A DNA stretch of 64,000 bases from Candidatus Enterousia avicola. Lineage in GTDB: Bacteria > Pseudomonadota > Alphaproteobacteria > Rs-D84. Made by a program: the position numbers and the translations under genes. Positions 18,136-28,934 of the stretch are shown here, piece by piece; position 1 is the stretch's first letter; every line of letters begins with the position of its first letter. The stretch is taken from contig DVNO01000036.1 in assembly GCA_018714345.1 (NCBI GenBank), positions 240-64,239 of the forward strand, read 5' to 3'. Below the pieces are notes generated by a model that was given only the letters and a program-made list of their open reading frames with translations, had not been told where the DNA came from and ran no database searches.

Positions 18136-20376
18136 TTATAATATGTGTCTTTTATTATTTGCATCTGGCGGACTGACAATACCTTCTTGTTCCATACGTT
18201 CCATAAATCCGGCAGCCTTATTATAGCCAACCCCCAAACGCCGCTGTATATATGAAATTGTTGGCTTTTTATCCCGCAGAACACATTCCTTTGCCTGAGT
18301 ATAAAGGTCTGCATCTTTGTCTGCCTTAACCTGAGCAGCACTTGCCCCACCGCCTGCTGCAACAGCACTAGTATCTTCTTCTGCATCCGTAACACCTGCT
18401 GCATATTCTGGTTCACCCTGTGCACGCAAGAAATCACCAACACGATTCATTTCTTCGTCCGATATGAACGCACCATGTATACGAACTGGGACACGCCCTG
18501 CCTCGCTAAACAACATATCACCACAAGCCAATAATTGCTCGGCCCCTTTCTCGCCCAATGTGGTCATAGAATCAATCACACTTCGTGCTTGGAAAGATAC
18601 ACGTGTCGGGAAGTTAGCCTTTATCACACCAGTAATAGTTGTTGCATCTGGACGCTGGGTCGCCATAACCAAATGAATACCAGCCGCACGCGCCTTTTGT
18701 GCAATACGTTGAACACAAGCTTCAACTTCTTTACGAGCAAGGCTCATCAAATCTGCTACCTCGTCAATAATTATCACGATATATGGCATATCGGACAAAT
18801 CAACTTCTTGTGTTTCAAACAATAATTCACCGGTTTCTTCATCTGTACCAACTGCAACCTGACGCGTAACCTTCTCGCCACTTTCACGCTTTTGCGCAGC
18901 CATTTCATTATAACTTTCTATATTACGAGCATTTAAAATCTGTAACTGTTTATAGCGCTCTTCCATCTCTCGTACGGCCCATTTCAAAGCATTTACAGCT
19001 GCTGCCGCATCTAACTTTACAATCGGAGTTATTAAATGAGGAATGTCATCCCAGAACCCAAAATCAACCCCCTTTGGATCAATTATTATTAATTTGCATT
19101 TATCTGGCGTAAAGTGATAAACAATAGACATTATTATTGATTGCACGAAAACAGACTTTCCAGACCCCGTTCGACCAGCAATTAACATATGCGGCATTTT
19201 CGCCAAATCATAGTACATAGGATTTCCACCTATATCCACACCCAACGCCAATGGTATTTTGTACTTGGAATTTATAAATGTATCATTATCTACCAATGAC
19301 TGAAATCTTACGGTCTGTCTAGTAATATTTACCATTTCCACACCAATTAATTGTGTACTTGGTATATGAGCGATACGAATATTTTCAGTAGCCATCGCAC
19401 GCGTCATATCTTTCACAGTCTTACTAACATCCGCCATACGAACACCACTTTCTGGCATAAATTCATACAGCGTAACAATAGGCCCCGGACGAATACCAAC
19501 AACCTTGCCCTTAACACCATATTCTGCGAAATGTACCTCCATCGCAGCCGCATTACGCTTCAATTCGGGTGTGACTATATTTTTCCCGAAATTAGACCTT
19601 TCTAAAAACGCAGGGTCCGGTAGTTCATATTCATGCTCGCCTACTTCTGTTTTTATTTTTACATTGCGAGCACTTTTGCGCTGTCTACGATGAGTTGGTT
19701 TTTCTTCTTCTGTTTTCTCTTGTTCTTCTTCATCTTCATCAGGAATCTCATCATCCGCATCTTCTTCTGCCACATCTTCTTTTGTTGCTGGCACAAGACG
19801 AAATATGGACAACAACCATCTAACAGCACGCCAAATAAAACCAAACAAGCTTTTAATATGAACCCGCTTTATATGCAACAACAACGCACCTAAAATAAAA
19901 AATAAAGCAACACAAGAAATACCAAGCAAAAGTCCCCAACCGCCTAAAACAGATCCAACGTCAGCGGCAGCTATATACCCCAGCATTCCACCAAAAGTAG
20001 AAGACGGCGCAAGCAACCCAAATCCCACAGCACCTAAACAAACCGTAACAAAAGCTCTCAAAAAATTATATTCTGGTGCAAAATCTTCTTCCCAATTCAC
20101 CAACCAGACCAACCCCAATCTTGCCACACATAAAATGATAAATAATGCCGGCAAAAATCCTACAAAATATCTAAGGAAACCAACGACCTGCCCCATAAAA
20201 GACTGCTGTCCAAACGTACTAGCGGCAGCAAAACCATTAAGATACGGATCCAAAAACAATAAAGCAAACAGCGCCCACGCCCCAATTCCTAAAAAGGCGA
20301 GCCCAACTATACGTTTTACCAACCCCTTCAGCGCGACAGAAACGCTTTCCGGTAAAAAATTAGAACTTTTTGCCAT
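18136..20376 (-). CDS. ftsK: DNA translocase FtsK
   Basis: N-terminal 4-TM domain, an acidic linker, and FtsK/SpoIIIE ATPase Walker A GRTGSGKSV. Length 746 aa. Confidence 0.93.
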   Translation of the reverse strand: MAKSSNFLPESVSVALKGLVKRIVGLAFLGIGAWALFALLFLDPYLNGFAAASTFGQQSFMGQVVGFLRYFVGFLPALFIILCVARLGLVWLVNWEEDFAPEYNFLRAFVTVCLGAVGFGLLAPSSTFGGMLGYIAAADVGSVLGGWGLLLGISCVALFFILGALLLHIKRVHIKSLFGFIWRAVRWLLSIFRLVPATKEDVAEEDADDEIPDEDEEEQEKTEEEKPTHRRQRKSARNVKIKTEVGEHEYELPDPAFLERSNFGKNIVTPELKRNAAAMEVHFAEYGVKGKVVGIRPGPIVTLYEFMPESGVRMADVSKTVKDMTRAMATENIRIAHIPSTQLIGVEMVNITRQTVRFQSLVDNDTFINSKYKIPLALGVDIGGNPMYYDLAKMPHMLIAGRTGSGKSVFVQSIIMSIVYHFTPDKCKLIIIDPKGVDFGFWDDIPHLITPIVKLDAAAAVNALKWAVREMEERYKQLQILNARNIESYNEMAAQKRESGEKVTRQVAVGTDEETGELLFETQEVDLSDMPYIVIIIDEVADLMSLARKEVEACVQRIAQKARAAGIHLVMATQRPDATTITGVIKANFPTRVSFQARSVIDSMTTLGEKGAEQLLACGDMLFSEAGRVPVRIHGAFISDEEMNRVGDFLRAQGEPEYAAGVTDAEEDTSAVAAGGGASAAQVKADKDADLYTQAKECVLRDKKPTISYIQRRLGVGYNKAAGFMERMEQEGIVSPPDANNKRHIL

Positions 20377-20432
20377 GCGCTTTATTTTATCACAAAATTC
20401 ACAAAAATGTTAGAAATTCTAATAAAAATAAA

Positions 20433-21131
20433 TTATTTTGCGATGTCCGCCCAATAGCGCTTTAAACCAGCTTTTACAAGATCTGCAGCAACCATACCTA
20501 TAAAAGCACCAAAAATCACGTCTGACGGCCAATGTGCACCAACACATACTCTTGAAATTCCTATTATTATTGCCAGTGTCCATGTAAACCACTTTATTCT
20601 TGGTGCTAACAATCCTAACATCACCAAAGCGGCGAAGGATGCGAACGTATGACCAGAAGGCATGGAATTAAAAGCCCAATCCGTAGAAAATGGTACGAAG
20701 CCAGTTTTATCCAAAGCTTCAAAAAATACTGGTCTCATTCTGCCGATAACTATTTTTAATATTTTTCCAACAACACTTGCCGCCAACACAGACGCCAACA
20801 CGAAAAACGCGTAACTATTATGAGTTTTTTCAATAAAATCTTTACAAAAAACGATTAAACTAAACTTGTGTTTCTCATTCTTAAATTTTGGTTTAGTTTT
20901 CACTATCTTCTTTATATAAAAAGCCAACAAAACAACTACCGAAACACCCAGCCATACCTTTGCATCGAAAATAACATCAAACAAGCGCCATATACTATAA
21001 TCAAAATTACGTAAAAATAAGTACAGAGGCTTATCAAACCATAAAATTCCAGACAAGACTAATATTGCTGTAATAACCGCACCACCTGCAATCCAATTCC
21101 ACTTTATCTTATTATCTTTCGTCAAAAACAT
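20433..21131 (-). CDS. PAP2-family lipid phosphatase (PgpB/LpxE-like)
   Basis: PAP2 motifs KIVIGRMRP, PSGH and SRVCVGAHWPSD, plus multiple TM helices. Confidence 0.78.
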   Translation of the reverse strand: MFLTKDNKIKWNWIAGGAVITAILVLSGILWFDKPLYLFLRNFDYSIWRLFDVIFDAKVWLGVSVVVLLAFYIKKIVKTKPKFKNEKHKFSLIVFCKDFIEKTHNSYAFFVLASVLAASVVGKILKIVIGRMRPVFFEALDKTGFVPFSTDWAFNSMPSGHTFASFAALVMLGLLAPRIKWFTWTLAIIIGISRVCVGAHWPSDVIFGAFIGMVAADLVKAGLKRYWADIAK

Positions 21132-21153
21132 ATTTTCCTCATTTATTGCGACA

Positions 21154-22662
21154 TTATTCTGCGATAAGCTTATTATAAACTTTCATATCGGTTAGAATTT
21201 TTGCTGATACCGCCTCAGCCAAAGCGTCTTCATCTGCCCCACTTGTTATAACAGGACACCCCCGTCTTACATCAGCAGGGTCAATATCATCATCACGATT
21301 AAAATCTTTTGCATTAAAATCATTATTTATCACATTTAAAAAGAATGCATTCTGTTGACTTTCCGATCTTATATTTGAAAGACAAACGATTGGGAAAATA
21401 CCACGCCCATCAATATCGCGCCCAGTTCCAGTCTTTATTGCTTTGTTTAATAATTCTAATGCGCCACCATTATTTAAATTTATACGCGTAGCTATTCTTG
21501 CACTTCCAGCAGTCGGGGTCCCCACAAGAACACCACGTTCATATTCATAAAAAGCTGCCGCTATTGCTTCTGCCGTACCCTTTGTCATATCAGACATCAA
21601 AACTACAACAGGCGCATCTGTAACCGCATTTCCACCAGGGGCTATTTCAACTTCATCCTTAGCCGTCTCCACTATTCTCATTACAGGCTGCTTTCCTATA
21701 AACAATCCTGCGAACTTTGCGGCAGCTTTCTCATCATCACCACTTGCCGCACGCAAGTCTAAAATAATTCCAGTTAAATCATCGTACTTAGCCAAAGCTT
21801 CGTTTACAATCGAGACCGCATTGTCAGATAACTTATGAACTATTATCTCTAATATACCACTTCCAGTTTCTTCATCTGCCCTATGAACAACATCTGCATC
21901 GGCAAGTATTATCGAAGCCCTGCGTAATACCACATCTTTTTCGCCACTTGGTGACAAAAGTTTTAATTTTGACGTACCAGAATTGAATCCTGACAAAACC
22001 GCAGACAGCTCCGAATCAGTCATCCCTGGAACCGACTTGCCATCTATTGCGACTATTAAATCGCCCTCCGTAATTCCGACCGTATCAGCCGGTGAATCTT
22101 TATAAATACCAGTTACTCTATAATTACCGTACTCGTCACGAAAACCTTCTAATCCGACACTAGTTAAAATTCTGCCGTCTTCCGTTACTTCCGCCTTTCT
22201 GGAATAAATATACCGACCGTTTTCGTCTATACCACGCATTAAACTATCAACAACCATTTTATACATTTCACTTGTTGAAGCATTATGCAAAACAGAATCA
22301 TTAGCACGAAGTTTTAAAATAAGTGCCGTAGTAATTTCACCGAACCCTTTCCAATCACCTGCAGCCGGTCTTGGATAATTAGCAATTATAGAATCCCCCC
22401 AAACCAAAACAACTCTTTCATCGGTTGCAGCAATATGAGCATTTGAATTTAAATTTTCCAAACTTTCTATTGCAATATTTATATTCTTGCCACCCCACTT
22501 CACACCATCTAATTTCTCATATATATCAGCGAAAGTATTTGATACGTCAAAAACATTCAAACCATCTTGTACGGGCTCGTCTTCAAAGAAAAGACTTTCT
22601 GCAAAGCATGGGAATATAGCCAAGGAAAGAACAGCGGATAAAAATAAATTAAATATTTTCAT
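21154..22662 (-). CDS. S41 family C-terminal processing peptidase homolog (CtpA-like) with substituted catalytic dyad
   Basis: Signal peptide, a PDZ segment (GITEGDLIVAIDGKSV), and S41 core blocks ILDLRAASGD / PVVVLMSDMTKGTAEAIAAAF / RGVLVGTPTAGSARIA. See the finding on the dyad. Confidence 0.75.
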   Translation of the reverse strand: MKIFNLFLSAVLSLAIFPCFAESLFFEDEPVQDGLNVFDVSNTFADIYEKLDGVKWGGKNINIAIESLENLNSNAHIAATDERVVLVWGDSIIANYPRPAAGDWKGFGEITTALILKLRANDSVLHNASTSEMYKMVVDSLMRGIDENGRYIYSRKAEVTEDGRILTSVGLEGFRDEYGNYRVTGIYKDSPADTVGITEGDLIVAIDGKSVPGMTDSELSAVLSGFNSGTSKLKLLSPSGEKDVVLRRASIILADADVVHRADEETGSGILEIIVHKLSDNAVSIVNEALAKYDDLTGIILDLRAASGDDEKAAAKFAGLFIGKQPVMRIVETAKDEVEIAPGGNAVTDAPVVVLMSDMTKGTAEAIAAAFYEYERGVLVGTPTAGSARIATRINLNNGGALELLNKAIKTGTGRDIDGRGIFPIVCLSNIRSESQQNAFFLNVINNDFNAKDFNRDDDIDPADVRRGCPVITSGADEDALAEAVSAKILTDMKVYNKLIAE

Positions 22663-22699
22663 AAAATTAATCCTCCCCCTTTCCTTGGTTACAAAAGTT

Positions 22700-23569
22700 T
22701 TATTTTGTATCGTCTCTAAGATTAAAGTGATACAAAATTACATTTGAAATATAAATACTTGTGAGCGTCCCCATAACCACAGCGAATGTCATAGCTATTG
22801 CAAAATCGCGTAACATCGCCCCACCAAACAAGTACAGTGCGACCATAGCCAAAATAGTAGACAAACCTGTCATAATTGTTCTGCGCATCATTTCATTTAC
22901 CGACAAATCAATCAGGTCATCCATCGGCATTTTATGATACATTTTTATATTTTCTTCTATACGGTCATAATTCACAACCTTATCATTAATCGAATATCCA
23001 ACGCCCATCAAAATTACAGCAATTGCAGTTTGATTAAATTCCAATCCTGTAATGGAAAAGAATCCGAACATAATGACAAAGTCCAAACAAAGGGACACAA
23101 AAGAACCTATTGCATACCCACCACGATATCGAACCCAAACATATACAGACATAAGTATAAAAGAGAACAAAACCGCCAAAATTCCACCACGAACAAGTTC
23201 CCCACCAATCTTAGGTCCAACAATCTGTACCTGAGAATATTCAACTTTGTTACCTAAAATATTTTTTATTTCGGTAACACGTTGGTTCTGTTCAGCATCG
23301 GTCGCCCCTTTATGTAAGCCGACACGAACCAATATCGCACCATTATTTCCAACTGATTGAAGTTCAGGTTTAAACTGAGCCAAATCAGCCCTCATCTTAT
23401 CAATGGTATAATCGGCAGACACTGGTGTAACCTCCATAGAAATACCACCAGCAAAATCTATACCATAATTCAAACCACGAACCAGCAAAGACAATATAGA
23501 CAGCCCAACCAATGCCGCTGCCACCCAGTACGATAATTTACGATACTTCATAAACTTAAGTTTCATCAT
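22700..23569 (-). CDS. secF: protein-export membrane protein SecF
   Basis: SecD/SecF family 6-TM C-terminal domain, immediately downstream of secD. Confidence 0.88.
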   Translation of the reverse strand: MMKLKFMKYRKLSYWVAAALVGLSILSLLVRGLNYGIDFAGGISMEVTPVSADYTIDKMRADLAQFKPELQSVGNNGAILVRVGLHKGATDAEQNQRVTEIKNILGNKVEYSQVQIVGPKIGGELVRGGILAVLFSFILMSVYVWVRYRGGYAIGSFVSLCLDFVIMFGFFSITGLEFNQTAIAVILMGVGYSINDKVVNYDRIEENIKMYHKMPMDDLIDLSVNEMMRRTIMTGLSTILAMVALYLFGGAMLRDFAIAMTFAVVMGTLTSIYISNVILYHFNLRDDTK

Positions 23570-23576
23570 CTGCCCC

Positions 23577-25136
23577 TTACTTACTTCTTACGTAACTAAT
23601 TTTTTTATTTTTCCCATTCATATACCAGTCGATGATTACTTTTGACAAAGAGACACAAGTAAACAATGTGGTCAAAACACCGACAGACAATGTTACGGCA
23701 AATCCGCGAATTGGTCCTGCACCGAATTGGAACAAAACCAACGAGCAAATAAGATTTGTTAAGTTACCGTCCAACACAGCTTTCATAGAGCGATGGAACC
23801 CTGCTTCAACTGCGCGCAATGGGGTTGAACCTGCCCTAATTTCGTCACGAATTCTTTCGAAAGGCAAAATGTTAGCATCCACCGCCATTCCAAGAGTCAA
23901 AACGATACCAGCAATACCTGGCAAAGTTAATGTTGCTCCCAAGAAAGCGGAAATACCTATTATCATTGCCAGATTTATCACCAACACGAAGCTAGCAATG
24001 ACACCAAAGCCACGATAACAAACAATCATAAAAATCATTATGAAAATCATACCTACCAGGGACGCAATTTTACCTGCTGCAATAGTATCAGCCCCCAAAC
24101 CAGCCCCAACGGTACGTTCTTCTATAACCTGCAATGGGGCTGGTAATGCACCACTACGTAAAAGTACTGCTAAATCTTTTGCACCCTGCAATGTAAAGCC
24201 ACCAGAAATCTGACCACGCCCACCTGGGATAGGCTCACGAATTGTAGGAGCAGACAATACCATGTCATCTAATACTATTGCAAAACGTTCATTAACATGT
24301 TCCGTTGTTAAACGTGCAAATTTACGCGCACCTGCCGCGTCAAATACTGTCGTTACAACAGGCATATTGTTCTGGTCATAATCGGCCTGAGAATCTTTCA
24401 AAGATTCACCCGAAACCTCTACACGAGAATATACTGGTATTTTTTGATCCGGTGCTTCCATCAAAGGTAAAAATTCTGTTCCTTTTGGTGCCCGTCCCGA
24501 CTGCAACTGTTCCTGTGTCACATTTTCATTTACCAAATGGAAAGTCATTTTTGCGGTTTGACCGATTAGCTCCTTTATGCGTTCAGGATTGTCGACACCT
24601 GGCAATTGAACCAATATATACTTACCACCCTGACTTTGAATGGAAGGCTCCTTGGTCCCCAGCGCATCAATACGACGGCGAACAATCTCTATACTACGAG
24701 ACAAGGCATCCTTTACCATCTCGTCTTTTGCCTTTTGCGAGTACGTCAACGAAACATTGCGACCATCTACAGATATGTCGATAGAGTCACCAAATTCACT
24801 TTTCAAGCGCCCCCTAGCCTTAGAAACATCATCTTCATTTCTAACAACAAATGACACAACACCATCGGCATTGCGCATATTAGAAAATCTAATAACCCCC
24901 TTATTCCTGTCAATTAAAGCACTACGTGCATCTTCATACAACTGAGCAGTTTTATCCTGCATCATAGTATCTGTATCGACTTCCAGCAGCAGTTGCGCAC
25001 CACCTTTCAAATCCAAACCCAACGGGATTGGATGAATCCAAGACGGAAAATACGGTGCCAAGCTTGGCGCAATTGTCGGAACCGCCAACAACACACCAAA
25101 AACTGCGACAAAAATTATTGCCAGTTTCTTAAACAT
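23577..25136 (-). CDS. secD: protein-export membrane protein SecD
   Basis: Periplasmic domain plus SecD/F TM domain, in the yajC-secD-secF order. Confidence 0.9.
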   Translation of the reverse strand: MFKKLAIIFVAVFGVLLAVPTIAPSLAPYFPSWIHPIPLGLDLKGGAQLLLEVDTDTMMQDKTAQLYEDARSALIDRNKGVIRFSNMRNADGVVSFVVRNEDDVSKARGRLKSEFGDSIDISVDGRNVSLTYSQKAKDEMVKDALSRSIEIVRRRIDALGTKEPSIQSQGGKYILVQLPGVDNPERIKELIGQTAKMTFHLVNENVTQEQLQSGRAPKGTEFLPLMEAPDQKIPVYSRVEVSGESLKDSQADYDQNNMPVVTTVFDAAGARKFARLTTEHVNERFAIVLDDMVLSAPTIREPIPGGRGQISGGFTLQGAKDLAVLLRSGALPAPLQVIEERTVGAGLGADTIAAGKIASLVGMIFIMIFMIVCYRGFGVIASFVLVINLAMIIGISAFLGATLTLPGIAGIVLTLGMAVDANILPFERIRDEIRAGSTPLRAVEAGFHRSMKAVLDGNLTNLICSLVLFQFGAGPIRGFAVTLSVGVLTTLFTCVSLSKVIIDWYMNGKNKKISYVRSK

Positions 25137-25147
25137 ACCCTAACCCT

Positions 25148-25459
25148 TTATTCAACGCTTGCGACAGCGCCCTTGTTAACTTCTATAACGACCCCATCCG
25201 CAATTTCTAACTCTATAGACTTGTCATTTATTTTCTTTATTGTGCCGTATATACCAGCAGCCATTACTCGATTCCCAACTTTCAAAGAATCTATCATTTT
25301 TTGGTATTCCGCCATACGCTTTTTATTTGGCCTGACCATAAACAAGTAAATTATCGCGAAAATAATTAAACAGTACAGCAACATTCCCCACCAATCATTC
25401 GCAGGAACAGTATTAGCCGCATTAGTTGCAGTATCCACTACCGCCGTCGTTTCTTCCAT
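25148..25459 (-). CDS. yajC: preprotein translocase subunit YajC
   Basis: Single TM followed by the YajC core LKVGNRVMAAGIYGTIKKI...; 103 aa. Confidence 0.88.
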   Translation of the reverse strand: MEETTAVVDTATNAANTVPANDWWGMLLYCLIIFAIIYLFMVRPNKKRMAEYQKMIDSLKVGNRVMAAGIYGTIKKINDKSIELEIADGVVIEVNKGAVASVE

Positions 25460-25553
25460 AATTTTTCTCCTTAGATAGAAACCTATTATAATGGTTCAGA
25501 ATAGTAAAAAAAGCCGATTATGTAAAGGAAAAATAGTCAAAAACTGCATAAAA

Positions 25554-27278
25554 TCAGACTCGCTCGAACCAACCATCTATATCTATCAGTGGAATTATTT
25601 TATATACTGGTCGCCCATGATTACATTCACCCGCCCGACTTGTAGTCTCTATGTCACGCAACAAAGCATCCATCTGTTGCAAGTCCAGCTTTTGCCCAGC
25701 CCTGACACTATGATGACAAGCATAATTCGCAAGTTTTAAATGCAACCGTTCCCCCAACTGAGAAGAATGACCATATTGTCTTACTTCATCAGCAATCGCA
25801 TGGAAAAGATTTACCCAATCTAAATCCCAATCTGCCGGTTTTTCAAAAATAGCAATCGCATCATCCCCAAACGCCCCTATATGCAAACCAGAATCTTTCA
25901 TTTCTTCTGAAATAGACAATACTGCCTCAACATCCTCGCCCCGCAATGAGACAACAATAGGCGTTAACAATGGTTGAACTTTTATTTTATGCTTACGCAA
26001 TTTTTCGTAAGTTATACGTTCATGTGCTGCATGCTGATCCACTATTACCAAATTTTCCCCACTCTGCGCCAAAATATACTTATTGCCAATCTGCCCTATC
26101 ACACGCCCCAGAGGTAAATCTTCCTGTGCATGCTCTTCTACTTTATTTACAGACAAATCTTTACGTTCTGGCACATTAAACATAAAAGCAATATCTGGCC
26201 CTTTCTTTGGTTCAGCAACAAAAAAATCCCTTCTATTAAAGTTCAGGCTTTGCTGCATATGCATTGGTACTTCTGCACCAATATGCTGAGCGACCTCCCT
26301 ATCACTTAAAGTCTGCGCCAAAACATCCCGCAAAGATTTAATTATGAAAGAACGGATATGAGATGGTTCTAAAAAATGCACCTCTGTCTTAGCTGGGGAA
26401 ACATTTACATCCACACTTCTTGGGTCAAGCGTCAAATAAAGCGCACACAACGGAAATTCTCTTGCATGCATTACATCCATATAAGCCGCACGCAACGCAC
26501 CGACCAGCACCTTGTCTTTAACAGGTCTGTCATTTACAAAAAGGTATTGATCAACAGAAGATGCCCGTCGCAATGTCGGTTCTGATATAAAACCGGTTAG
26601 TTTTAGTGTCGCATTTGATGCAGATTTTGCATCAACACTTAACATCCTTCCCCGAACATCATCCCCCATAACAGCAGCAATACGTTCCGCCATCGGCTGA
26701 TTTTTTGGAAATCGCCACTTATTATTTAATGTAAAGCCCACATCTGGTCTTGCCATTGCCAATCTTTTTACAACGTCAAGGACAGATATCATCTCTGCCC
26801 TATCCCCACGTAAAAACTTCAATCTTGCTGGTGTTTTGGCAAACAAATTCTGAACACGAATACGTGTTCCTTCTTCCCAGTCGGACGGTTTTATATCACC
26901 TGTTTCACAATTTAAAGTCCAGCCATTTGAATCTTCACTATTGCGCGTATCTATTACCATATCAGAAACAGACGCAATAGATGGTAACGCCTCGCCTCTG
27001 AAGCCCATAAAGTTTATATTCAGCAAATCATCCATCGGAAGCTTTGAGGTCGCGTGCCTTGTTATACTTTTTGCCAAGTCCTCTTTTGACATACCGCAAC
27101 CGTTATCTATAACGGAGATAAGCGTACGTCCACCGTCTATGACATCTACAACAATCTGGTCGGCACCTGCGTCTAATGCATTTTCAACAAGCTCTTTCAC
27201 AACGCTTGCAGGCTTTTCTACAACTTCACCCGCTGCAATTTGATTTATCAGAAAATCTGGTAAAACCCGAATCGGCAT
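25554..27278 (-). CDS. mutL: DNA mismatch repair protein MutL
   Basis: GHKL ATPase motif IAAGEVVEKPASVVKELVENALDAGA and a C-terminal dimerisation domain. Confidence 0.9.
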   Translation of the reverse strand: MPIRVLPDFLINQIAAGEVVEKPASVVKELVENALDAGADQIVVDVIDGGRTLISVIDNGCGMSKEDLAKSITRHATSKLPMDDLLNINFMGFRGEALPSIASVSDMVIDTRNSEDSNGWTLNCETGDIKPSDWEEGTRIRVQNLFAKTPARLKFLRGDRAEMISVLDVVKRLAMARPDVGFTLNNKWRFPKNQPMAERIAAVMGDDVRGRMLSVDAKSASNATLKLTGFISEPTLRRASSVDQYLFVNDRPVKDKVLVGALRAAYMDVMHAREFPLCALYLTLDPRSVDVNVSPAKTEVHFLEPSHIRSFIIKSLRDVLAQTLSDREVAQHIGAEVPMHMQQSLNFNRRDFFVAEPKKGPDIAFMFNVPERKDLSVNKVEEHAQEDLPLGRVIGQIGNKYILAQSGENLVIVDQHAAHERITYEKLRKHKIKVQPLLTPIVVSLRGEDVEAVLSISEEMKDSGLHIGAFGDDAIAIFEKPADWDLDWVNLFHAIADEVRQYGHSSQLGERLHLKLANYACHHSVRAGQKLDLQQMDALLRDIETTSRAGECNHGRPVYKIIPLIDIDGWFERV

Positions 27279-27284
27279 TAAGAG

Positions 27285-27755
27285 TTATTCCTTAAACTTT
27301 ACTTCTAATATTTCATATTCTTTTTCACCAGACGGCAATTTTACGATACAGGTGTCCCCGACACAGCGTCCAATCATCGCACGACCAACCGGAGACGTAC
27401 AAGAAATAACCTGCTTTCCATCAGATTCTATATCAGACAAAATTCTGCACTGCATACGATTTCCGTCTTCATCTTCTGCAACAACACGGGCACCAAAAAC
27501 CACCCTGTCGCCAGACAAGCTGTCGACATCTATTACATCGGCATTATTTATAAAGTCTTCAATGAATTGAATACGCTTATCTATTTGTCTTTGCTTTTCT
27601 TTTGCCGCGCTATAATCGGCGTTTTCGGACAAGTCCCCAAGAGACCGCGCCCACTGAACAGTTTTTAAAATTTCTGGGCGTTGCACCTCTTTCAAATCTT
27701 TCAATTCTTTTATAAGGCCGTCAAAACCAGCCCTGGAAATCGGTTTTTTTTCCAT
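27285..27755 (-). CDS. greA: transcription elongation factor GreA
   Basis: GreA N-terminal coiled-coil and a C-terminal FKBP-like domain. 156 aa. Confidence 0.9.
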   Translation of the reverse strand: MEKKPISRAGFDGLIKELKDLKEVQRPEILKTVQWARSLGDLSENADYSAAKEKQRQIDKRIQFIEDFINNADVIDVDSLSGDRVVFGARVVAEDEDGNRMQCRILSDIESDGKQVISCTSPVGRAMIGRCVGDTCIVKLPSGEKEYEILEVKFKE

Positions 27756-27856
27756 TTTTTACAACCTCGCTATTTCGTTGAAATTATAAGCATTCATTTT
27801 AATTTTGCAATTATCAAATGAACAAGGTATACTTTTTAATTGATTGACGAAAAAAC

Positions 27857-28918
27857 ATGAGACTAAAACCTAGAATTTTGACAAGATTCCTAATGCGCCG
27901 TTTTTTTTCCGGCTTTGGTCTGGTAATGCTTGTCGTATGTGGAATCATAATGGCAGTGACTTTTGTTGAAAGACTGCCAGCTAATCCAGATGCAACTGCT
28001 GCATTAATAGATTCTTGGCGCAGGCTTTTAGAATACGTACCAATGTTTTTACCTATGGCGGTGTTTATGGGTACGCTTTTGGCATATTATAATCTAACTA
28101 AATCTAGCGAAAGTATTATTGTATCAAGTGCTGGATTATCACCATTTCAAATGGCGCGGCCATCTTTAATTGGCGCAGCTTTAATAGGCATAGTTGCAAC
28201 AACAGTGGTAAACCCATATTCCGTAGAACTAAATTCTAAGGAAATAACACCTGATCACTTGGTACTTATTGATGACGAGATATGGTTAAGAGAATCTTCT
28301 GATAACGGCTTTATAACAATGAACGCAAAAAACATGCATAAATCTGGCGATATATTGTTATTCGATGACGCTACCATATATGTCCAAGCCCCTGACTTTA
28401 AACTTGAACAACGTGTTCAGGCACAAACCGTCACATTATCAGATACAGGTCTAAGTGCGAACAAGGCAACCACATGGGATACCAAAGGCGTTCCAACTGT
28501 TTCGTCCTGGCATATAAATACATTATTGACCCCACAGACAGTACTTGACCGCTATTTACAACCAGACCAGATTTCTTTTTGGGAACTACCAAATTTCATA
28601 AAAAAGATGGAAAGAATTGGGGTTTCTGTCCGTGGGCATCAAGTTCAATTTTGGACGTTGCTATTTTTACCTTTAACTATGATAGCTATGGCAACACTTG
28701 GGGTTGCGTTTTCACAAACTCGTCAAAGGCGCAATTATAGCTTTGGTGTAAAATTCGGTATTGGAATTTTGACGTGTTTTGCTGTTTATTTCTTAATAAA
28801 TATGTTCAATGCGCTGGGGTCGACGGGGGTATTTCCACCACTATTAGCAATTGTTGCACCACCATTAATAATAATTGCTGCGGCAGGTGTATCAATTACT
28901 ACATTTGATACCATTTAA
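27857..28918 (+). CDS. LptF/LptG-family LPS export permease
   Basis: YjgP/YjgQ architecture: three TM helices, a periplasmic beta-jellyroll, and three more TM helices. Confidence 0.78.
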   Translation: MRLKPRILTRFLMRRFFSGFGLVMLVVCGIIMAVTFVERLPANPDATAALIDSWRRLLEYVPMFLPMAVFMGTLLAYYNLTKSSESIIVSSAGLSPFQMARPSLIGAALIGIVATTVVNPYSVELNSKEITPDHLVLIDDEIWLRESSDNGFITMNAKNMHKSGDILLFDDATIYVQAPDFKLEQRVQAQTVTLSDTGLSANKATTWDTKGVPTVSSWHINTLLTPQTVLDRYLQPDQISFWELPNFIKKMERIGVSVRGHQVQFWTLLFLPLTMIAMATLGVAFSQTRQRRNYSFGVKFGIGILTCFAVYFLINMFNALGSTGVFPPLLAIVAPPLIIIAAAGVSITTFDTI

Positions 28919-28934
28919 AATAACGGAGGAACTT

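Noticed and set aside
19351-19893. Several 60-90-aa ORFs on both strands
   Set aside because: All are embedded in ftsK. The Lys/Phe-rich translations reflect the AT-rich acidic linker of FtsK.
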